A stretch of 63,437 bases of DNA, counting the filler, from Reticulomyxa filosa (Eukaryota > Protista > Foraminifera): the NCBI GenBank assembly GCA_000512085.1. It is 22 parts of 22 records of this genome, joined end to end, with 100 filler letters (N's around TTAATTAATTAA, not from the genome) between each part and the next. Parts side by side here need not be neighbours in the genome. Positions count along the whole stretch, not along the records: positions 49,995 to 56,785 come from ASPP01004238.1; positions 56,886 to 60,873 come from ASPP01024758.1; positions 60,974 to 63,437 come from ASPP01004353.1; 19 more parts are not named here. One strand, written 5' to 3'. The translations under genes and the position numbers were made by a program. A model generated the notes under the pieces. That model saw only the letters and a program-made list of their open reading frames with translations. It had not been told where the DNA came from and did no database searches. Shown piece by piece: positions 53,603 through 63,437 of this stretch (the stretch's first letter is position 1; every line of letters begins with the position of its first letter).

Positions 53603-55159
53603 ATGTCGACGGAAGACCAAAACGACGATGAAAACGAGGTGGAACCAGTGAAAGCAAACATATCGCTGAACGTGGACAAAATAATTGAAAAATTGCTATC
53701 AGTGAGACAAGAAAAGCCAGGTACGCTAGTGGCGTTGGACGAAAGTGACATCGAAGCAATATGCCAAAAATCGAGAGATTTATTTATGAGCCAACCGATG
53801 TTACTGGAATTGGAACCGCCATTGAAAATTGTTGGGGACATCCATGGTCAATACTATGATCTTCTCCGACTCTTTGAATATTCTGGTATGGATTGGATCA
53901 AAAACTTTTTTTGGGGGGGGGCCAAGTCCCCCTTTTCTCCTTTGCTCTCCTCCCCTTTTGCTCAACCCTTTCATACCCCCCTTTTTTTTTTTTGCATGAA
54001 CTTTTTATTTTTGCACAGGTTATCCAGGGAAAAGTGTGAACGCGAATTACTTATTTTTAGGTGACTATGTCGACCGAGGTAAGCAAAGCATCGAGTCAAT
54101 ATGTTTGCTGTTAGCTTATAAGATTCGCTATCCTGAAAACTTTTTCCTTTTGCGTGGCAACCATGAGTGTGCATCTATTAATCGTATCTACGGCTTTTAT
54201 GATGAATGCAAACGCCGTTACACACCAAGGCTGTGGAAGCGATTCACAGATGCCTTTAATTGCTTACCCATTTGTGCCATTATTGCCGACAAAATCTTTG
54301 CCATGTCCACAAGAAAACACGATCAAACAATACATATCGTTTCTTTGCTAGCTTTTTATTAGTGTTCTCTCTCTCTTTGTTACCTTCATATATACATACA
54401 CATACAAGACATGTATATACATATATATATGTATATACATATACGTGTGTGTGGGTGTGTACTTATATGTTTTTTTGGGAGGGTTATTAGTATGTACATC
54501 CAAAATGGTACAATCTAACCATTTTTTTTTTTTTTGGCTCTTTCAAGCTTGGACGCACGAACAAAAAAAAAAAAAAAAAAAAACTAGAAGAAAAGTAAAT
54601 AAAAGAGGGTTTTACTTGCAAAATGATAGGCACGGAGGGCTATCTCCAGAACTCAAGAGTTTTGATCAAGTGAAAAAGTTACACCGGCCCACAGGAGTTC
54701 CAGAAACAGGTACGTATGTTCTATTGTATGGATTTATACTTGCCCTCACTGAAAAAAAAGGTTAGGATGAGCTTTTTTGTTATTAGCCCCTTTTGGAGCT
54801 GTTAAAACGCTAATTGAAATGATCTTTGATGGAACCTGATTCAATGCATAGGCTTGATATGTGATTTGCTGTGGGCGGATCCTGAACAAATAGTAGGCTG
54901 GGGAGAATCGGACCGTGGAGTTTCTTATATTTTCGGTCCAGATATTGTTGATTCGTTTTGCAAACGCTTCAATATTGACCTGATTTGTCGTGCTCATCAA
55001 GTTGTGGAGGACGGTTACGAATTTTTTGCTGGTCGTCAGTTGGTTACTATATTTTCGGCACCAAACTACTGTGGAGAATTTGATAATTGCGCCAGCGTTA
55101 TGTCAGTTGATGATAATTTGAAATGTTCTTTCACTATGCTTAAACCGTCCGCCAAGTGA
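53603..55159 (+). CDS. Serine/threonine protein phosphatase 1 catalytic subunit (PP1)
   Basis: [60 protein letters not shown]. Introns 53886-54018, 54305-54629 and 54710-54851. Confidence 0.97.
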
Positions 55160-55653
55160 ATAACTTTACGAATGCTCAAACCTTTTTCTCCCATGACTCA
55201 ACTTTCCTAATTTTTTTTTACCCTTGTAACAATGGGTCGGCTGCTTTTTTTATTGATTTGCTTTTGCTTTTTTCTTCTTATTTTGCAGTTGTTTGCTAAA
55301 TTACATACAAACTCAAAATAATTGTTCATTGGTGAAGCACCCTCAAGAACTTAAGTTGATGTTGCATAAGAATAGTTACAGTCAAAAAAAAAAAAAAAAA
55401 GGATTAGTCCTGTCGGCTGGTAGTACTATAATTGTGTGCACAAGACTTTTCAAATAAAAAATAATCATTTTTCAACAGTTGTTTCATATATGTAATGAAT
55501 CATTAACGAAATATAAGTTCGTAGGTAGTTGATATTTTAGTTCGAATTAGTTCAGGACCTGTCTTCACTAAAAAGTGAATTTCTGATTTGTGCCGGATTT
55601 TAACGTTTTCGGGAAACGTTGTTTCCTGTGTTTGGCTCGTTCAATATTGAAAA

Positions 55654-56785
55654 ATGCACATATTGTTTTTACTTTTCATTGAAATACTATTCTTGTCTTT
55701 TGGGCATGCATCATCTCGAATTACCATCCCCATCACTCGTCATATCCTGACTTCACCAATCCAACGCTCGTGTGTTTTGGACTGTGTCTACAAAAAAAAC
55801 AAAAAAAATTGAAGATATGCTCGAATGATGACCGCAACACATAGATGAAACAAAACACTCACAACAACAATAACGGAAAACAAAAAGCATAGCAACAACA
55901 GTGATATTGGAGTCAACAGGACAATCTTACCCCGTCCAATTGAACAACAGTGTCGATCGAGTGTACACTGGACCAGTATCAATCGGGAGTCCAGAGGCCA
56001 CTTTCAACGTGGTGTTCGACACAGGCAGTGCAGATTTGTGGGTATTTGCAGCGGATAACGCATGTACCACATGTCCGAGTTGCAATGAAAATGACAATTG
56101 TTGCCCCACCAAGTCCTCGAGCTGTTGTTTTTTTCAGGACATAATGCATTCCTACAATAGCGGTTCGTCGTCTACGTATAAGCCATTTGACCCCGAAAAG
56201 TCGTGGAGTATCGAATATGGAAAAGGGGGTGCTTCTGGCTATTTAGTTCACGACACTGTTGCCATTGGTGGGGAGGCCGTTACAAGCCAAGTTTGGCATC
56301 CCCAACAAAAGACATTTCCTCCAATCTATTCAAAAAAAAAAAAAAAAAAATGATGAGTCCCTTTTTTTTTGAAAAGAGGGTGGGAGGAATTTTTTTGTTT
56401 GTTTAAGAAGAAAACACAAATAACATCAATTAGGTTTTTGCAGCAGCGACGTCATGGCAAGAAGATTTGATCTCTTGCAGCGAACCAATGGATGGGATTT
56501 TGGGTTTTGCAATGAAAAAAGCAAGTGAAAGCGGCTACAACACGATAATCGAAAATCTCTATGAGCAAAGCAAAATTAGTGCCAAGGTGTTTAGTCTGCG
56601 GTTAGCTGGTGATGACGCATCCTCTGTGATGGTCATTGGAGATCCAGACCCTCAATATTATATTGGTGATATTGTTTATAGTGATGTCGTTCAGGCAGAT
56701 CAAACTGGTCAGTTGAGGTTTAACCTCTTTTTTTTTTTTTTTTTTTTTTTTTTGATTCGTCATACAATTTTTTTTGTTTGTTTTT
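55654..56785 (+). CDS. Secreted pepsin-family (A1) aspartic protease, 3' truncated
   Basis: Signal-peptide-like MHILFLLFIEILFLSFGHA; VFDTGSADLWV; SIEYGKG; DGILGFA. Intron 56291-56433. The first exon is less certain. Confidence 0.9.
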
Positions 56786-57879
56786 NNNNNNNNNNNNNNN
56801 NNNNNNNNNNNNNNNNNNNNNNNNNNNNNTTAATTAATTAANNNNNNNNNNNNNNNNNNNNNNNNNNNNNNNNNNNNNNNNNNNNTGAATTAACTAATAA
56901 ATAACTGGCAAAAAAAAATTAGGACACATCAATTAAACCATAGTCCTTATTAAGATTTTCCAAGTTTATTTAAGGTATCAAAGAGACTGATCATGAATGG
57001 ATTCAATTTTATTTCGATGCTGATGTGCTTTATTTTCGAGTGACCCCTTACTTAAATTTTTTTTTATGAAACATCAACTTTTTTTGTGTGTTATTTTGTT
57101 CGAATCCTTCAATGATATTTCTCCATAATTCATACCTTTTTGGAATTTGCAATTGCAAGTGCACAAGATATCCTTCCATGAATAAACTGAGTTTTGCAAT
57201 ATGTATCACAACGAGTCAATTTGTTTCAAACTATTCTTATCATCGAAAGGGATCGGGCACATTTACTTTATTTAAGATAAAGGATATAATTTTTATTTGT
57301 TTAATTTTGACAAATCAAGTGTTTTTGAAAAGTTAAAATTGCTACATATCAATTAAAATTAGGAAATGAAAAATAACAATAAAATAATCTGCATAATATC
57401 AATAGTGAGCCATATTATTAAAAAATTAAAAGGTTGAAATAAGATAACCAAATATTTTGGTTTTGGATCGAGTTTTAGAAAAAAGGGCACATGGAAAAAT
57501 AGCTAAACAATACAATGAAAGCAAAAAAAAAAGCATCAGAGAGTTGGAATATCTAACATTAACAAAAACTTGTTTACGTTCGTTCGACGTGTCAATATCA
57601 TTGATAACAAGAGTACCTATGGAAGACAACATACAATTTCTTGAATTATTTTTGTTTGAGATTTGAAGAAATCGCAAATACCTGTGCCACCATTCCAATA
57701 TCAGTTTATGTGCTGGTGTATTGTGCGCATCGCAATCGTTTTACACTTTATTTCGTTTTTTTTGATTGGGTGAGAAAAGAGATCATATCCAAAAAAATTG
57801 ATTGGTTGCCTTTGACTTGTCGACAGCAACAAAGATACATGTACAACTCCAGTCCATTGTAAGTACGATTGTCGTCTTC

Positions 57880-58450
57880 CCACGCGTTCCAGGGCAATTG
57901 CCATTTGAGATTGTTCTTTGCGAGGCAAAGATAGACCTAATCGAACTGATACAAGCTTCGCAAGAGAAAGAGAGTTCTTTGAATCAAGTAATTATTGCCC
58001 GTGACTTTGACAGATTTGTCAAGATTTCTCAAAAGAGTGAAAAACTCGACGCCCGACATGCCTTTCCGAATATCATTATCCAAGAGATTATGACTTCGAT
58101 TCAAAGTAAAAGTCCATACGTTTGGGGACCGAAACCCATTTTATTGGTCTTTCCGACAATGCGTTCCAAGCTGCGATCGGCCAGTGCAATGACCAGTTCG
58201 GCTAAGTGAGTTCTTCCTTGGAAAGGTACTTGAGCTGGCCATAGCCAATAAGTCTGAGACTTCCATCGGGCATGAGCAAGATGTTGCTAGGATGAGGGTC
58301 CCCATTGAACACCGCATTCTTGAAGATCTGATATCTTTGCACCAACAGCAGCAGCGTCTTCAGAAAACGTGCCGAATTGGGCATCACGGGCGGAGAGGTA
58401 AGCGCATCCACGTCGACAGACTGTCAAGCCACATCAGCAGGATGAACAGC
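57880..58450 (-). pseudogene. Decayed ABC1/ADCK (UbiB-like) atypical kinase
   Basis: YQIFKNAVFNGDPHPSNILLMPDGSLRLIGYGQLKYL (DYG changed to GYG), continuing in another frame as LAELVIALADR...KMGF. Contains stops and frameshifts. Confidence 0.72.
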
Positions 58451-60835
58451 AGCGCAAGTTTGCAATTGAAGCAAAAAGCCAGCGCATTGCACAAATATCT
58501 CAACATTTTTTAATGTGTACCATACACGAAAGATTATCACGCAACAAACATGAAAAGGGGATAGGAATACGTTGATATAACTATGATTCTAAGAGTAAGC
58601 CATGATATCGACGTCATCTCAAGTGCAAATGACGAAATAGCGACGAAATGGGGCCAATAGCAATGACAATGGAAATGACGGCTGATTGAAATGTAATATT
58701 CGTGGCATTGTTCTTATTCACATTTAATACAATGCTTTGATCATTGTTTAATGTGATAAGTCGTCACTTTATCTCTGGACATAAATGAAGGCAAGTGGAA
58801 CGGCATTGCTTCGACTCGGAATAATGGGGTCGTATTCATGTTTACAATATCAGGACTGTTTGTGTATTGGCGAGACGGAGTGGCTCTTGAGAATGTAGAT
58901 ATTACCACAAGGACGAGATGCGATATTGAAAATTTGTACGAATTGTAAGAAAGACGATCATTGCTTTCTTGGCCCATGTCGCCTTGGAAAAGAGCCACCA
59001 ATTTGCTTTTGATTGAGTACAAATGGTACTCCAGATATTGTGAACGAACTGATATTGTTTCTAGGTCCAATCTCTTCATGTGTCTTTACATTGATACTAT
59101 TCGCTGCTGTTGATGCCTCTTGTCATGGAAGAGTTGCTATATTAATATTATTTCCTGACTATCGTTTGCATGTCAAATTTTCTTTGTTTTTGTTATGTCT
59201 CCGTTCTCTTCAAGACACCAGATTTACTTCAGTATTTTTGCACATTCTCTTCTTTTTCATTTGCAGTCTCACCACCTTTACCTCCTGTGGACTTAGCATA
59301 TTCTGGTGTTGTAACAATAAAATAAATTAATTCAATTGATTAGAAAGACAAAAATAATCATTTTTTTTTAACTTCAATCTTTTTTCAAAGGTATTCGGAT
59401 CAATGAAACTAAGCATTTCATGCCAACCTTACTTGATAAATAGTATACTACGTTTTTTATCTTTTTCATCAATCAACACAAAGGCCATTCCAATTGTATC
59501 TTGGAAATGTCCATACACCTTTGGTGTGTCGACATCTGAGGGATCACATATATACGTAAAAGGTGACGACTGTTGAGTTGGAGTGAATCGAATGAAAGGA
59601 GTGTGTACTGATCTAAGTGTTGCTGTGGTTGCAAACACATAACATTTCATTGCCATTTGTGTTTTATTTCATCAATAACCATTCATAGTCTTGATGAAAC
59701 AAATGTCAACACTTTTTAGGAATTTGTCGTGTTGACAATCTTCAATCACATTATTTCCTTTCTTCTCAATAAATTTACACTTTTGAATAATTCATTGCCA
59801 TTTGTCATACTCCTTGATATGGCCAATATGTCAAGAATAATATTGATTGATTTTTTTGCTTCTTTTTTTTTTTCACACTTCATTAATATACTCTTCCGTT
59901 TCTTTCTCTTCTTTCACTTCTTCATCTTCGTTGTTTCATTCTAAATCTAAAGTAAATCATTGTACAGCGAGAAGGTCCATACTCACATTGTTTTGAGTAA
60001 GACATATGACAACAACTGAAAACAAGATAAAAACGATATACCTTCAAATAGAGCAAATTTTCTCTTTCATCATTAGTGGTGATTCGTAGTACGGGCTACA
60101 CTTTAAGACGGCGATATAACTGTGGATTGGCTCTCGTATGCCAATTGATAAAGTTGTGAAGCTGATCACAAGATTTTGAACGTGATCTCGATTCATTTGT
60201 TTTCCGAACGTAACAAATGCAATTATATTCACATCTTTTTCCAGCGGAATGATGCATTTACTTGACAACAATAACATTAATAAATTGGAAGATGTGTCAA
60301 TAAGTCGATTTGTCATATTCGACATTTGATTGTCAGTGGCAGCGCAATTTGAGTAGCAATATTATTGTAGGAACAGAAATAGCACATCAATTGGAGATGA
60401 TTGGAAAAAGAGAAAGATAATCACTTGTTCATAATTTACTTCAACTGTTGGTCTTTATGATTTGGCCTTGCATTATTTCAATATGTTATCTTGGAAGCGA
60501 CAATTTGTAAGTATGTAACACCTTCTTATTTTCTTTTGATGTGTGAGCCATAGGTCCAGTTTCAATTTCTATAATGTTATCGTGTGTTCAAGATTTGCTT
60601 TTTTTAAACAAACACAAATAAAAAAAGGATACAAGATTTAACTTTTGTTATTATCCTCACGCGGGATATTAATCATTTTATCAACACAAAAAAATTTAAA
60701 AAATATAATTTCAAATATAATTTATTTTCTTTCTTCTTTTTTTCGTTCTTTTTATTTTCTCTTTTTTTTTCTTCAATTTTTATTTTATTTTTTCCACAAA
60801 CCTTTTTTTCATTTTTCCTTTTTTTTTTCATATTT

Positions 60836-60873
<38 letters not shown>

Positions 60874-63437
60874 NNNNNNNNNNNNNNNNNNNNNNNNNNN
60901 NNNNNNNNNNNNNNNNNTTAATTAATTAANNNNNNNNNNNNNNNNNNNNNNNNNNNNNNNNNNNNNNNNNNNNTATTGTCAATGTCCAAACTTTTGCTTT
61001 GATTTGCCAAATAATGGAACCACTTTTGAGTCTGTCACGTCCATCCAGTAGCTTCCATTGGGGAGGGGGGAGGGGGGCGCACTATATGAAATTGTTCTAT
61101 GTTTAAAAGTGCGAAGAGCCATAACCAAAGTAACAGCGGCAAACGATTCTTTTTTTTTTCTTTCTTTTTAAAATAAATTCAACGATGGTATGGCCTTGGA
61201 CTTTCTTTATCATCATCCTCCTCTTCTTGTTCGTCGATGACCTTGGCTTGATAACATTGAGAGAATGGTTTCATATGAGAATGGCTTACTCGACCGCAAT
61301 ATGTTATTATTTACTGTAACGTCCACATCACATCTTCTATCTCTTTATCTCTTCACCGACTATCAATGCTCAATGTCATTCGCAAGCTCATCATCTATTC
61401 AATCAGTAGCGCAGTCACGACTTAAAATCCAAAATTGCGCATGTGCGCACACCCCACCAGTTTCGAGACTATTATTTAGCACCATTTTTATAACAACCTT
61501 GTTCGTTGGAGCCAGTAAATCGCAGTTCGGTGCTCTCTTTGGCGCTGTACAAGTCAGCAATTATCCGCAGAAATTTGTATGAGCCTCTTGATGACGAACA
61601 AGTTCTTTCCAATGGTTCTGTACATTTCCATACACTTGTTCACTGTCTTTGATTGGCGCTCTATATGGGAAGGTAATGCATGTCTGTAAATACGCAAAGT
61701 CGCTACTTGCAGACGAGTTTTTTTTTTTTTTTAATAGATCCAATGCGATACGATTTTGAGGTCTCTTTCTTCTCTTCATCCTCGTTCTCCTCCTTCTCAT
61801 CTTTTTCTTCTTGGTTGACAATGTATTAACGGAATTTCGCACAACCCCTCCACCAAGTTGAACCAATCTCATATAGAATATTCTACCAATGAGCGGTTCT
61901 CTCGATCGCCATGCGTGTGCATTTTTTAACAACTTCTACGCTCCTTTCTTAATTGTCTTCCACTTCTCTGTCGCAGTTCGACACCATCTTTACAGATAAT
62001 TGTTGGCATTGCACAACACCATAGACTTGTGTCCGCCTACATTGATGGCAAATAAGTTCTTTGCAATACTTGGTGTTACAACTTCCAGACCTTATCTTTA
62101 GTTTGTAAACTTTTTCACCAACTTTAACCACTCGCGCATTGAATTATTCTTGATTTGACATTTACTAACAATGACTTGCCTTCTTCTTCGTTGTTTTCAC
62201 TTCTTCGGTCTGTCCAGTCTATTCCGCCGTCGCGGTACCATAACGTCGCTCCATTTTCGTTGGCACTACGTTTGGCCCTTCCACTTTATAAATTTGAGGT
62301 TTGTGCGTGTGGCCATACTCAAATCTTCCAAGTCGTCAGGGACAATATCCCTCTTTTCTTTTCCAATTTTTTACATTTTTTTTTTCTCTTTTTTTTCTTT
62401 TTTCATTTTTTTTCTAATTATCATCTTTTTTCTGATTGTCATCTTTTTTTAATTTTATTTTCTTTTAATTTTGCACATTTTTTTATTTTTCTCCATCTTT
62501 CTTAAATAAAAAATTTTGCCACCCCATTTTTTAAATTTTATTCCCCATTTTTCTAATTTTATTTCCCCCTTTTTCCAAATTTATTTCCCCTCATTTTTCC
62601 ATTTATTTTCTTTCAAAATAATTTTTTTCCCTAAATTTTTTCCACTTTCACTATTTTTCACTAATTTTTTCCCATTTTATTTTCTTTTCCCCCCAAATGT
62701 TCAATATCAATCTAGTCAAACATAAATAAAAAATAAAAATAAAAATGAATACACTTTCCAATCCATTTTTTGACTCTTGAACTCTATTAACATATTCATA
62801 AATTGAAATAATTTTTTCTTAAAAAAAAAACAAAAACATACATTGCCGTGGAGCTAAAAACTCCAATCCAATCTACCTATCTTTTTTTTTTGCTACGGGG
62901 AGGGGGCAAATATAATCTTTTTTTGATGGGGGCATGCCTATTAGCAAACACACAATTGTTTGATAAATAAAAAATAAAGAATAAAAAAAATAAAAGATAC
63001 AAACTCTTTTATTTTTTTTCCAATGCGGAGTGGCTTCAACCCCGAAGTTTTTCTTTGTAGTGAGTGGGGATTTGGACGTACACAATTTTTTTTTTTTTTT
63101 GACAGACGGGTTGCAGCTGCTATTGAAAAACAAACAAAGTTAATTATGCAAAAAAAAAAATGTATATGTATATAACAAACCTTTTTTACTCCTTGCGGAG
63201 ACGGGGGGCCTTACCCCATATTTGACTTTTTTTCTTTCGCTGAATGATGCAAAGCATCCAAATAAAAAAATCATCATTTTTTTGTAAAAGTGCTCGATCT
63301 GTTAAAAAAAAACACACTCTTTTACGTTGCAAAGTTATTTTAAAAAACAGAAAAAAGACGTACCAATGTTGCGGAAGAGTGCAGTTACCACACTAATTAC
63401 GAACTGTGACTAGAGACAACCAAAGAAAAAAAAAAAA

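Noticed and set aside
61561-62340. Possible zinc-finger or chromodomain gene (ICHQCRR, IKWKG)
   Set aside because: The motifs are too short and interrupted by stops to assign.

Overview
This window is not a contiguous locus. It is an artificial concatenation of 22 short contigs joined by 21 identical 100-nt spacers (N44-TTAATTAATTAA-N44). Contig 1 (1-1326) is bacterial: a Neisseriales-like lpdA 3' end followed by sucC. The other 21 contigs are AT-rich and, where genes are recognisable, eukaryotic with introns. The WD40 and Kelch-like families present resemble those I recall from the foraminiferan Reticulomyxa filosa (recognition, not a database result). Recognisable genes: a TM-RGS fusion, two WD40 proteins, a MYST acetyltransferase, CNOT1, an FHA protein, a Lines-like protein, a TPR protein, a Dbp6/DDX51-like DEAD-box helicase, two ARM proteins, a KDM5-type demethylase, a stand-alone RGS, a SPRY-like protein, a nocturnin-like phosphatase, a CAX antiporter, a KA1-like protein, PP1 and a pepsin-type protease. 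There are also decayed fragments of a Tc1 transposon, a microbial-type PARG, a NOX, an ABC1 kinase and a Kelch-like gene. The most interesting signal is in the introns: many lack a polypyrimidine tract, end in an A-run plus AG, and appear to fold back on themselves, suggesting structure-assisted splicing. Other highlights are an exact 87-bp micro-inversion inside the Tc1 transposase, a possible SAS-6/XRCC4/CCDC61-like head fused to nocturnin, and an abrupt junction to an extremely AT-rich MSS51-like sequence. The recurrent ±1 frameshifts at A-runs are most likely homopolymer sequencing errors.
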